Positions 28,588 to 39,329 of a DNA stretch of 64,000 nucleotides are shown piece after piece. The translations under genes were made by a program, and so were the position numbers. The first letter of the stretch is position 1; the number at the start of each line of letters is the position of its first letter. Source of the stretch: Polyangiales bacterium (GTDB taxonomy: Bacteria; Myxococcota_A; Polyangia; Polyangiales; JADJQN01); NCBI GenBank assembly GCA_964202905.1, contig CAXNJO010000002.1, forward strand, positions 672,001 through 736,000, in the 5' to 3' direction. The notes beneath the pieces are model-generated. The model was not told the origin of the DNA, did no database searches, and saw only the letters and a program-made list of their open reading frames with translations.

Positions 28588-30435
28588 CTAGACAAGGATC
28601 ACGTGCGCGCGCTTCCAGCGGATCAACCACTGATTCGAGGTCGCAGGACCGACCTCGCGCCGCTCGAGGACGTCGAGCGGGATCGCCAGCGCATCGGCCG
28701 CACGCGCGACGTGCGCCGCGGCCGCCCCGGCGTCGTCGTTGCGGTGATGCTCGAAGCCCGCGCGCGACCGCTCGGCGCGGCGGGCGTGGGCGGGCGTACG
28801 CGCGAGACCGAACGCGACGTTGTCGACGACGGTGATCGTGCCACCCGGCCGCAGCGCGGGGAGCAACTGCGAGAGCGCCGCGTCCGGATCGGCGAGGTGG
28901 TTCCAGCTGCGGAGCACGAGGACGTGATCGAACGACGCAGGCTCGAGCGCCGCCGTCTCCGCGGTGCCCTCGCGCACCTCGCCCCAGGGTCGACGGACGC
29001 GGAGCCGGGCGCACGCGGCGGCGTCCGGCTCGAGGCCGACCCACGCGATCCGGCCCTCTCGCGCGAGCGGCGCGAGCACGTCGTCGTAGGGCCCCTCGCC
29101 GCAGCCGACGTCGAGCACGCGCCCGCCGAGGGTCGAGAGCAGCGCGCGCACGAGGGCGTCGTCACGGCCGAACACATCCTCGAGGCGCGGCTCGAAGAGC
29201 CCCGTGCACGCATCCCGCGCGCTGCAACCCGTGCAGAGCGCGCTGCGCGAGAGCTGCACGAGATCCCGCGCGAAATCGTCGGGCGCGGCCTTGCGGGAGA
29301 CGTCCACGTACACCTGTCCGAGCCTGTGCTTGAGGTGCTCGAGCTCGACGTCCGCGAAGTCGCGCGTCTCGGTGCGGTAGCGCGCGACGCGCCCCTGGTG
29401 GCGCACGAAGAGGTGGCGACCGCGATCCCACGGCGTGACGCCCTGCGCGCCGTCGCGCAGCGGACAATGCGCGGGATCGGCCTCCGTCGGCACGAGCGCC
29501 TCGAGCACGTAGTGGAACGAGTTCGAGCGCGCGCGCGGCGCGGGCGGTCGCAGCTCGTCGGCGCCGAAGGCCTCGAGATAGCCGCGAAAGAGGCCCGGAC
29601 ACGGCCCCCGCAGCGGGCAGTCGCTGCAGACCTCTTCGGGCTGGATCTTCGCGACGTCGTCGACGGGGAAGAAGTCCGGCTCGCCGACCTCGACCATCGT
29701 CGCGAAGCGATCGGTGCGGAGATCGTCGTAGTCACCCTCGAGCCCCGGCAACAGGCAGAGCGGGAGCCCGTCGTGCGTGAAATGCGGCCCGGCGGCCCCG
29801 CGCGCGCGCACGCCATCACGACCATGGAAGATGGCATCTCTGACCCGCGAAGCGACGTGCGCGACGCGCGGCACGACGTGCTCGAAGAGCTTCTCGCCGC
29901 CGCCCTTCGGTTGCGTCATCGAGAACTTCAGCGTCAGCCGCTCGAGGGGGAGCAGCAGATCGACGAGCGGGCGGAGGTGATCGACGTTCTGGCGCGTGAC
30001 GACGCAGTTGATCGTCAGCTCGATCCCGGGCCGCGCGTGCACGTTGCGGATCGCGCGGAGCGCCTCGTCGAAGCCGTCCGCGCGCACGAGCGCGTTGTGC
30101 ACGCGCGCGCTCCCCGCGTGCAGCGACATGTACACGTAGCGCAGCCGCGCGGCGATCAGTTGCTCGAGCACGTCGTCGTAGGCGAGCAGCCGCCCGTTCG
30201 TGACGAGGCCGAGGTCCATGTCGAGCGACGCGACGTGCGTGGCCCAGCGCATCAGCTCGGGGCGGATCGTCACCTCGCCGCCCGAGAGCACGACCATCGA
30301 GTGCCCGAGCTCCTTCGCGCGGCGGATCTTGCGGTGGGTCTCGGACTCGTCGCCCTCGATGTGGCGCACGTCGAGCGTGTGGCAGAACGTGCAGTGCTCG
30401 TTGCAGCCGTAGCCGACCTTGATGAGCGCTTTCAT
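28588..30435 (-). CDS. Radical SAM (HxsC-like) fused to class I SAM-dependent methyltransferase
   Basis: CNEHCTFC, SGGE, VTNG, LPLC, CSDCPLRGPCPG and CTGCSARDACTG, then VLDVGCGEG...SFDHV...LRPGG. Confidence 0.9.
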   Translation of the reverse strand: MKALIKVGYGCNEHCTFCHTLDVRHIEGDESETHRKIRRAKELGHSMVVLSGGEVTIRPELMRWATHVASLDMDLGLVTNGRLLAYDDVLEQLIAARLRYVYMSLHAGSARVHNALVRADGFDEALRAIRNVHARPGIELTINCVVTRQNVDHLRPLVDLLLPLERLTLKFSMTQPKGGGEKLFEHVVPRVAHVASRVRDAIFHGRDGVRARGAAGPHFTHDGLPLCLLPGLEGDYDDLRTDRFATMVEVGEPDFFPVDDVAKIQPEEVCSDCPLRGPCPGLFRGYLEAFGADELRPPAPRARSNSFHYVLEALVPTEADPAHCPLRDGAQGVTPWDRGRHLFVRHQGRVARYRTETRDFADVELEHLKHRLGQVYVDVSRKAAPDDFARDLVQLSRSALCTGCSARDACTGLFEPRLEDVFGRDDALVRALLSTLGGRVLDVGCGEGPYDDVLAPLAREGRIAWVGLEPDAAACARLRVRRPWGEVREGTAETAALEPASFDHVLVLRSWNHLADPDAALSQLLPALRPGGTITVVDNVAFGLARTPAHARRAERSRAGFEHHRNDDAGAAAAHVARAADALAIPLDVLERREVGPATSNQWLIRWKRAHVILV

Positions 30436-30500
30436 GTGGGCCGCGACGCGAGCATAACAGGCGGGTGCGCGCGCGCGCCGCTTCGCGGTAGGGTCGCGGC

Positions 30501-31873
30501 ATGCGACGCCCCCCGACCGACCTCCCCGCCCGCCGCACCGGGCTCCGCCCGCTCGCCGCGACGCTCGTCTGCGCCGCGGCCCTCGTCGGCTGCGGCGACC
30601 ACCCCCCCCCGCGCCCGCCCGCGCTCGACGGCGGCCTCGCCGACCTCGGCGCGCGCGACCTCGGCGACACCGTGGACCTCGGGGGCGCAGGCGACGCCGG
30701 TGCCCCCGATCTCGGCGCAGGCGACGCAGGCCCACCGCCCGCGTGCGACGTCCCCGCGATCCCCGCGCTCGCGACGGAAGCGGTCGGCGATCGCTTCTCC
30801 GCGCCGATCGCGCTGACCTCCGCGCCGGGCGATGAGGGCGCTGTGTACGTCGCCGAGCGCGCGGGCCGCGTCCGCCGCGTCGCCGGCGGCGTCGTCACGA
30901 CCTTCCTCGACATGCGCAGCGCGATCGGCTCGGCCCCGGGCGGCGAGGACGAGCGTGGACTGCTCGGCCTCGCCTTCGCGCCGGATTACGCGACCAGCGG
31001 TCGCTTCTTCGTCGGCTACACGCCGACGACGACCGGCGCCGACGCGAACATCGTCGCGGAGTACCGCCGCTCGGCCGCCGATCCGCTCGTCGCCGATCCC
31101 ATGCAGGTCACGCGCCTCGTCGAGCAGGCAGACCCCGAGGGCAACCACAACGGCGGCTGGATCGGCTTCGGCCCCGACGGCTTCCTCTACGCGGCCATCG
31201 GCGACGGCGGCGGCGCGGGCGACCGACTACGGCGCGTTCGGCAACGGCCTCAACCCGGACACGCTGCTCGGCAAGATGCTGCGCCTCGACGTCGACGCGG
31301 CGGCGACCGGCTACGCGGCCGCCGGGCAACCCCTTCGCGGGCGGCGGCGGGCTCCCGCAGATCTGGGCGCTCGGCCTGCGCAACCCCTGGCGCAACGCGT
31401 TCGACCGCGAGACGGGCGATCTCTACGTCGCGGACGTCGGCCAGAACGAGTGGGAGGAGCTGAACGTGCAGCCGGCGACGAGCACGGGCGGCGAGAACTA
31501 CGGCTGGCGCGCGTACGAGGCGCGCTCGGTCTTCGACGCGGCGAACACGGGCCGCGTGCCGGTCCACACCGAGCCCGTCTACGTGTACCGGCACGGCTCG
31601 GACAGCGTGATGACGGGCGGACGCTCGATCACGGGCGGCCACGTCTACCGCGGCGCGGCCATCCCCGCGCTGCGCGGCGTCTACCTCTTCGGCGATCCCT
31701 ACGCCGACCACGTCGGCGCGCTGCGCTACTGCGAGGGCGCCGTGCAGGGCCCGGTGCGCGTGCCTGCGCTCGGCGGGCTCGCGAGCACGCTCGTCTCCTT
31801 CGGCGAGGACGCAGCCGGCGAGCTCTACCTCCTCTACCTCGACGGCACCGTGCTCAAGGTCGTGCCGGGCTGA
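30501..31873 (+). CDS. PQQ-dependent glucose/sorbosone dehydrogenase-like lipoprotein (frameshifts near 31225 and 31325)
   Basis: Lipobox LVGC, ERGLLGLAF, NHNGG.IGFGPDG.LY...GDGG, GKMLRLDV, ENYGW and SFGED.AGELY. Confidence 0.85.
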
Positions 31874-31902
31874 CGCGCGCCGTGGTGCTGCCCCTCGCCT
31901 CG

Positions 31903-32649
31903 ATGCGTGCGCCGGCGCGGACGGTCGGCTTCGCGGCCCTCACGGCGGGCGCGCTCGGGCTCATCCACGCGCGGGAGGCGATGCTCCCCGAGGCGGAGCG
32001 CCGCGCGATGCTCGCGCGCCACAAGCGGCGCTATTTCGCCGCGACGCTCCGGCTCTTCGGCGCGCAGCTCACCGTGCTGAACGGCCCGCCACCGCCCGCT
32101 TCGCGCGCACGGCTCATCATCGCGAACCACCGCTCCGCGCTCGACATCGGCGTGCTGATGGGGCTCTTCGACGCGCAGGCCCTCAGCCGCGGGGACCTCG
32201 CCGGCTGGCCCCTCCTTGGACACGGGGCGCGCAAGCTCGGCACGCTCTTCGTGGACCGCGCCGATCAGGCGAGCCGCGCGGGGGCCGTGCGCGTCATGCG
32301 ACGCGCGCTGCAGTCGGGGAGCTCGATCATCGTCTTCGCCGAGGGCACGACGTTCGCCGGAGACGAGGTGCGCCCCTTCCATCCCGGCGCATTCCTCGCG
32401 GCGCGCGGCCTCGACGTCGAGGTGCTCCCCGTCGGGCTCGCATACGAGTCGGGCGCCGAGTTCGTCGCACCGACCTTCCGCGCGCACCTCGCCGACGTCG
32501 CCGCGCGCCCGCGCAGCCGCGTCGTCGCGAGCCTCGGCGCGCCCGTCGCGATCCCCCGCGACCCGCGCATCGCTGCCGAGGTCCTGCGCGAGGCCGTCGG
32601 CGCGCGGGTGCGCGAATCCCGCGCCGTGCTCGACCTCCACGCGCGCTGA
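31903..32649 (+). CDS. 1-acyl-sn-glycerol-3-phosphate acyltransferase (PlsC family)
   Basis: ANHRSALD, FVDR, VFAEGT and PFHPGAF motifs. Confidence 0.88.
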   Translation: MRAPARTVGFAALTAGALGLIHAREAMLPEAERRAMLARHKRRYFAATLRLFGAQLTVLNGPPPPASRARLIIANHRSALDIGVLMGLFDAQALSRGDLAGWPLLGHGARKLGTLFVDRADQASRAGAVRVMRRALQSGSSIIVFAEGTTFAGDEVRPFHPGAFLAARGLDVEVLPVGLAYESGAEFVAPTFRAHLADVAARPRSRVVASLGAPVAIPRDPRIAAEVLREAVGARVRESRAVLDLHAR

Positions 32650-32661
32650 ATCGCGATTCAG

Positions 32662-34996
32662 TCAGGTCGAGCCCCAGCGCCACTGCTGAATCTCCGGCAG
32701 ATCCTCGCCGTGCTCGCGGATGTACGCGGTGTGCGCGGCGCGCTTCGCCTGCATCGCCGCGTCGATCGCGTCGCGACGCGGGGCGAGACGTGGGACGTGC
32801 GCGAAGACGTCCATCACGAGGCGGAAGCGATCGACGTCGTTGAGCACGCACATGTCGAAGGGCGTCGTCGTCGTGCCCTCCTCTCGGTAGCCACGCACGT
32901 GGAGTTGCCCGTGCGCGTCGTGGCGATGCGCGAGGCGGTGGATGAGCGATGGATAGCCGTGGAAGGCGAAGACCACCGGCGTGTCGGTGCCGAAGAGCAC
33001 GTCGAACGCCGCCTCATCGAGCCCGTGCGGGTGCTCGCTCCGCGGCGTGAGGCGCATCAGGTCGACGACGTTCACGAAGCGCACGCGCACGTCGGGCGCG
33101 AGCGTGCGCAGCAGGTCCGCGGCGGCGAGCGCCTCGACCGTGGGCACGTCGCCGCAGCTCGCGAGCACCACGTCCGGGTCACGCCCACCGTCGGTGCTCG
33201 CCCAGTCCCAGACACCGAGCCCGCGCGCGCAATGCGCGACCGCCTCGTCCATCGCGAGCCACTGGTGCTCGGGCTGCTTGCCCGCGACGATCACGTTCAC
33301 GTAGTGCCGCGAGCGCAGGCAGTGATCGGTGACGGAAAGCAGCGTGTTCGCGTCAGGCGGCAGGTAGATGCGCACGACCTCCGCGCGCTTGTTCGCGACG
33401 TGATCGAGGAAGCCCGGGTCCTGGTGGCTGAAGCCGTTGTGGTCCTGCCGCCAGACGTGCGAGGTGAGCAGGTAGTTGAGCGACGCGAGCGGCGCGCGCC
33501 ACGGGATCGCGCGCGTGGTCTTCAGCCACTTCGCGTGCTGGTTGAACATCGAATCGACGAGGTGGATGAAGGCCTCGTAGCTCGAGAAGAAGCCGTGGCG
33601 GCCCGTGAGCAGGTAGCCCTCGAGCCAACCCTGACACTGGTGCTCGCTCAGCATCTCGAGCACGCGGCCATCGGGGGCGAGGCCCTCAGCCGTCGCGACG
33701 GGCGCCTCCGTGTACATGCGCGACGTCGCCTCGAAGACGGCATCCCAGCGGTTCGAGGCCGTCTCATCGGGGCTGAAAACCCTGAAATTGTCGGGGTTCG
33801 CGCGGATCACGTCGCGGATGAGCCTGCCCTGCGCGCGCGTCGCCTCGGCTTTCACCATCCCAGGAGATGGCACCTCGACGGCGTACGCACGAAAGTCGGG
33901 CACCACGAGCTCGCGCAGCAGCACGCCGCCGTTCGCGTGCGGGTTGGCGCTGAGCCGCCGATCGCCCGCGGGTGCGAAGTCGCGCAGGGCCGCGACGGGC
34001 GCGCCGTCCGCGTCGAACAGCGCCTCGGGCCCGTAGCTGCGCAGCCACGCCTCGAGCGCCTCGAGGTGCCCGGGCGCGTCCATGTCGCTCAGGGGCACCT
34101 GGTGCGCGCGCGCGGTGCCCTCCACCAGCTTCCCGTCGACGAGGCGCGGCCCCGTCCAGCCCTTGGGGCTCCGCAGTACGATCATCGGCCACACGGGGCG
34201 CTGCGAGACCCCGTCGCGGCGGGCCGCGCGCTGGATCGCGGCGATGCGCGTGACGCAGCGGTCGAGCGTCTCGGCCATGCACGCGTGCATCGCGCGCGGC
34301 TCGTCGCCCTCCACGAAGTGCGGCTCGTAGCCGTAGCCGCGCAACAGCTGCTCGAGCTCGGCGCGCGGGATGCGCGCGAGCACGGTGGGCCCCGCGATCT
34401 TGTAGCCGTTGAGGTGCAGGATCGGCAGGACGGCGCCGTCGCGCGCGGCGTTCAGGAACTTGTTCGAGTGCCAGCTCGTCGCGAGCGGCCCCGTCTCAGC
34501 CTCCCCGTCGCCGATCACGCACGCGACGAGGAGGCCCGGGTTGTCGAAGGCCGCGCCGAACGCGTGCGAGAGCGCGTAACCGAGCTCGCCGCCCTCGTGG
34601 AACGAGCCGGGGATCTCAGGCGCGACGTGGCTCGGGATGCCGCCCGGGAAGGAGAACTGCTTGAACAGGCGCTGCATCCCGCGCGCGCCACGCGAGACCT
34701 CGGGGTAACGCTCCGAGTACGTGCCCTCGAGCCACGCGAGCGCCACCGCCGCGGGCCCGCCGTGCCCCGGTCCCGCGACGTAGACACAGTCGAGATCGTG
34801 CGCGCGGATCGCGCGCGAGAGGTGCGCAAAGACGAAAGTTGAGGCCCGGCGTGGTGCCCCAGTGCCCGAGGAGCCGCGGCTTGAGGTGCTCGGGGCGGAG
34901 CGGCGCGCGGAGCAGGGGGTTGTCGCGCAGGTAGATCTGCCCGACCGAGAGGTAGTTCGCGGCGCGCCACCAGGCGTCGAGGGTCTCGAGGGTCAT
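32662..34996 (-). CDS. xfp: Phosphoketolase (frameshift near 34835)
   Basis: [55 protein letters not shown] and [12 protein letters not shown]. Confidence 0.95.
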
Positions 34997-35379
34997 TGGC
35001 CGCGCATGTAAGCACGACGCGGATCGACGCGAGCGCGACGCCCGAGCGCGTGCAGGACGCGCCCGTCATCGCGCCGAGCGACCCGGTGCGCGTCGATGCG
35101 GGTCCGGTGTCGCCGGGATTGTGCTGCGGAAGCCTCTCCGTTACCGTCGCAGGGTCAGAGTCGGCGGCGGCGCATCGGAACGCGGGGAACCACGTCTCCA
35201 TGGCCGGTGCCTCGTGCGTCGGATGTGCAATGTGTGGTTCGAGCGTCCGGCCTGGGGAGCCTTCGAGCACCATGCGGTCCGCACGTGACGCGACCCGGCC
35301 GCCCCCACCGCGGCCCCCTCGAGGGTCGGTCGGCGCGGGTCTCGAGGCCCGGGAACGAACATCCCTTTTCGGAGACACC

Positions 35380-37451
35380 ATGAACCGAGCCTCGCTTCGC
35401 CTCGCCTGGATCGCCCTTCTCGCCCTCATGTTGGCCGGCCCGGGCGCCAGCCTGACGGCGGGCAAAGCGCGGGCCCAGATCCCCGGCACGATGACCGTGC
35501 AGGGCATCCTGCGCGACGACGCGGGCACGCCCGTCGAGGGCACCGTGCCCTTCGCGATGGAGCTCCGCACCGCGACGCGCTCGCTGTGGACGGAGGCGCA
35601 GAGCACGACCCTGCAGGCGGGCCTCTTCACGCTCACGCTCGGCGGCACGACGCCGATCGATCCGGCGCTCTTCGATGCCGGTCCGGTGTCGCTCGTCGTC
35701 ACCGTGGACGGCGAGGAGATGGCGCCGATCCCGCTCTCCGCCGTGCCCTACGCCTTCCGCGCAGCAAGCGCCGACACCGCGGAGAACTACGCCGGCGACG
35801 TCGACTGGGCGCAGCTCACCGGGGTGCCGACAGGCTTCGCGGACGGCACCGACGACGGCAACACCTACGCGGCGGGCGCAGGCCTCGCCCTCACGGACAA
35901 CACCTTCGCCGTCGACACCGCCACGATCCAGGCCCGCGTCACCGCGACCTGCGCGCCCGGCCAGTCGATCCGCGCGATCGGCGCGGACGGCTCCGTCACC
36001 TGCGAGATCGACGACGCGGGCGCCGCGGGCACCACCTACACCGCGGGCGCAGGCCTCACGCTCGCGGGCAGCACCTTCTCCGTCGACACCGCCGCCGTCC
36101 AGGCCCGCGTCTCCGCCACGTGCGCGCCCGGCCAATCGATCCGCGCGATCGCCGCCGACGGCGCCGTCACCTGCGAGGCCGACGACGACACCACCTACGC
36201 CGCGGGCGCGGGCCTCACGCTCGCGGGCAGCACCTTCTCCGTCGACACCGCCGCCGTCCAGGCGCGCGTCTCCGCCACGTGCGCGCCCGGCCAGTCGATC
36301 CGCGCGATCGCCGCCGACGGCGCCGTCACCTGCGAGGCCGACGACGACACCACCTACACCGCGGGCGCGGGCCTCACGCTCACCGGCAGCGACCTTCGCG
36401 GTCGACACCGCGGCGCGTCCAGGCGCGCGTGACCGGCACGTGCGCGCCCGGCCAGTCGATCCGCGCGATCGCCGCCGACGGCGCCGTCACCTGCGAGGCC
36501 GACGACTCTGGCCTCGACACCACCTGCAACGCGGGCTTGAACCGGGACGGCGTCTGTATGCTGGCGTACGATGCCACCTCGACGACGGACTGGAATACCG
36601 CTGCGTCGACCTGCGCGGGAGTCGGTGGCGATCTGTGCTCGGCGTCCCAGTACCTCGCACTCATGACCGCGAACGACGGCTGGCGACCGAATTTCTTCTA
36701 CGGACGACCGGTGTGGACCCGGAACTTCTCGGACAACGACGCCGGCCGGGTGTGGTGGCAATCGAGCAGCGACGATCCGACCATCAGCCAGAACTACAGC
36801 TACGCGTGCTGTCGCCGCGTGACGCCGACCGACATCCAGGCGCGCGCCACGCTCGTGCCGGCCACGGGTTCGACCCGCGGCGTGCTCATGACGTACATCC
36901 ACAACCGCGAGGACTCGACGTTTCCAACGGCGGCCGGTGTGTGCAACGCGCTCCGAAGCGACCTCTGCAGCACCGCGCAGTATGTCGTGTTGAACGATGC
37001 AGGGCGGTTCAGCGGCTCGATCCGCAAGGCGACGCCAGCGCTCTCCGACAACGACGTGGACTTGTTCGACTCCATCCTCGGCACGAACAATCAGGACAAC
37101 CCTGGTTGGAACGAGTACTACGCGTTCGCGTGCTGCGCGTCACAGCGTCCCGTGGACGGCTCGTGCCCCGCGGAGGGCGTTGTGCTCAACAACGTTTGCA
37201 CGGTCGATCTCCACGAGACCGAAGACGCCTCGTTCTTCGATGCCGCCCGGGGCTGCGGTCGACTCGGCGCGGACGTCTGTTCGAACAGCCAGATGCAGAA
37301 CATCCGCAACGCCGGGCGTTTCGCCGGTCGTCAGTCATGGACGAGCGAGGGCGCCGACAACGACAGCAACCGCGTCGGCGGGATCCTCGGGTCCCAACCC
37401 GACAACCCCAACCCCAGCACCAACCGCTTCGGCTACGCCTGCTGCCTCTGA
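35380..37451 (+). CDS. Secreted protein with four 53-aa repeats and three Cys-rich lectin-like C-terminal modules (frameshift near 36390-36420)
   Basis: GGAG RBS and signal peptide; TY.AGAGLTL...CAPGQSIRAI..DG.VTCE repeats; three AA..C....D(L/V)CS..Q...DND...ACC modules. Confidence 0.8.
35863..36506 (+). repeat. Four tandem ~159-bp coding repeats
   Basis: Units start at 35863, 36034, 36193 and 36352. Confidence 0.9.
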
Positions 37452-37629
37452 GCGAGGCGCGGGATCGACGGCTCGCGGGGGCTCAGCGACCGGTGCAAGG
37501 AGGGCGCCGCACCGCGAGAACGGCCCTTCAGCGTTTCCTCCCCGCGACGAGCGCGGCGTTCGCGCCGCGGGCCGCGGGAACACGTCCGCCCCCAGAGCCT
37601 CGGCGCAGCCCGCGAAACGGGCCGCGTGC

Positions 37630-38172
37630 TCAGGCCCCGATGGGCACCCGCACCACGGCGCCCTCGACCAGGGTGCCGCCGACCGTCACGTAGAGCTGCC
37701 CGCCGCTCACCGAGACGGACCAGCGGTTCATGCGATCGAGCGTCCCCGCGAGCGCGTCGAGGAACGAGGCTTCGAAGCCGTGGAGCGCGATCGCGTCCAT
37801 CCGGTGTACGCCGCGCGCCACGATGTCCCGCGCGAGCTGCTCCGGGCGCTGCCAAGCGTAGATGGCGATGCGCGCGCCGGTCTTGCTCGCCTTGTGGAGG
37901 CGATCCGGCGTCGGCGAGCCGATCTCGATCCACGCCTTCAGGTCACCGCGGAGATCGCGTTCGGTGATCGCGGGCTCTTCCGCGTCCGACAGGCCGCGTG
38001 TGAAGTCGACCCCCTCGCCGTGCTCGAGGCATCGCGCCAGCACGCGCGCCACGAGGTACCGCTCCGTCTCGCTCGGATGCTGCGCGACCCTCAGGTCGAG
38101 CGTCTCGTAGACGCCTCGGTCGGAGTCGGCGAGCTCGATCTCGAAGCGTCGCATCATCGCGGTCACAGCCAT
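37630..38172 (-). CDS. yaeQ: YaeQ family protein
   Basis: AQHPSET.RYL, FTRGLS..EEP and WIEIG.P..DRLHKA. Confidence 0.9.
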   Translation of the reverse strand: MAVTAMMRRFEIELADSDRGVYETLDLRVAQHPSETERYLVARVLARCLEHGEGVDFTRGLSDAEEPAITERDLRGDLKAWIEIGSPTPDRLHKASKTGARIAIYAWQRPEQLARDIVARGVHRMDAIALHGFEASFLDALAGTLDRMNRWSVSVSGGQLYVTVGGTLVEGAVVRVPIGA

Positions 38173-38291
38173 CGCTCAGCCTGCTTTCGTTGTTCTTGCG
38201 CGCCCGCGACCACGGCGACGCCATGCACCGGCGCACGCCGCAAAACCGTGCGCTGATGGCCGATCGACGTCGCCGTTCGACGACGGCGCCA

Positions 38292-39167
38292 TCAGGTCGA
38301 CGCCGCGTCGGCCGCGCTGCCGAGCGACTCCCCGAGCAACGCGATCGTCGCGTCCGGCGCGTCGACGTGCACCCAGTGCCCCGCGCCCGCGACGACGTGC
38401 GCGCGCACGCGCCCGGGCTGACGCAGCGCCGACGCCGCGAGCCGTGCGCGATCGGCGGCGTCGAGCACCGTCGAGCGCTCGCCGACGATCATCTCGACGC
38501 GCATCCGCCCCGGCGGCGCCTCGACGATCTCCCAGAGATCCTCGAGGAAATAGTCGTCGAGCATCGCGCGCACCGCGGCGACGTCGATGCCGAAGCGGTA
38601 ACCCGCGTCCTCCCCGGGGACACGCTCGAGGTTCATCGCGAGCCACGTCGCGAGTTCACGCGTGAGCCCCCGCGCGAGGAGCGCGCCGACGAAGTCCTCG
38701 CGCTTCGCGAAGACGCCACGCAGCTCCTCGAGCAGCCGCACGATGCGCACGGTCTCCTCGGAGCCGCGCGCCTCGGGGCGGGCGCTCGGCGTGGAGTCGA
38801 CGACGATCAGGCGCGCGAGGTCACCGTGCGCCGCGCGCGCGTAGGCCATGGCGACCTTGCCGCCGTAGCTGTGCCCGATCACCGCGTCGATGCGCAGGTC
38901 GAGCGACGCGACGAGCCGCGCGAGGTCGTCCGCGCACGCCGCGAGCGTGTGGGGGGCCGCGAAGCCGCGCGACTCACCGTGGTTGCGCAGATCGACGAGC
39001 AGCGCGCCCCACTCGGGGTGCTGCGCGACCACGCGGCGCAGCTGCGCGCGCCAGTTCGACTTGGTACCGAGGATGCCGTGGAGTACGAGCGCCCAGCGGC
39101 GCGGGTACGGCACGCCGCGCTCGTAGACGCTGGTGTAGGAGAGCAGAGGCGCGGGGACGTCGGACAC
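38292..39167 (-). CDS. Alpha/beta hydrolase (YbfF/ABHD11-like esterase)
   Basis: LHGILG...NW, DLRNHG.S, GHSYGGK and AGHWVH; start approximate. Confidence 0.88.
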   Translation of the reverse strand: MSDVPAPLLSYTSVYERGVPYPRRWALVLHGILGTKSNWRAQLRRVVAQHPEWGALLVDLRNHGESRGFAAPHTLAACADDLARLVASLDLRIDAVIGHSYGGKVAMAYARAAHGDLARLIVVDSTPSARPEARGSEETVRIVRLLEELRGVFAKREDFVGALLARGLTRELATWLAMNLERVPGEDAGYRFGIDVAAVRAMLDDYFLEDLWEIVEAPPGRMRVEMIVGERSTVLDAADRARLAASALRQPGRVRAHVVAGAGHWVHVDAPDATIALLGESLGSAADAAST

Positions 39168-39329
39168 GGCGCCGACTATGGGATCGCCCGCCCGGAGCGG
39201 CCAGCGGCGCGCCCCAAACGCCGCGGGGCCGGCCACCCCGCGGCGACCGGCCCCACTTCGTGCTGCATCGTCGAACCGCACCTCGCGACGCGCGGGCAGT
39301 CTCCCCGCGGCGCCGCGATGAACGCCCAT

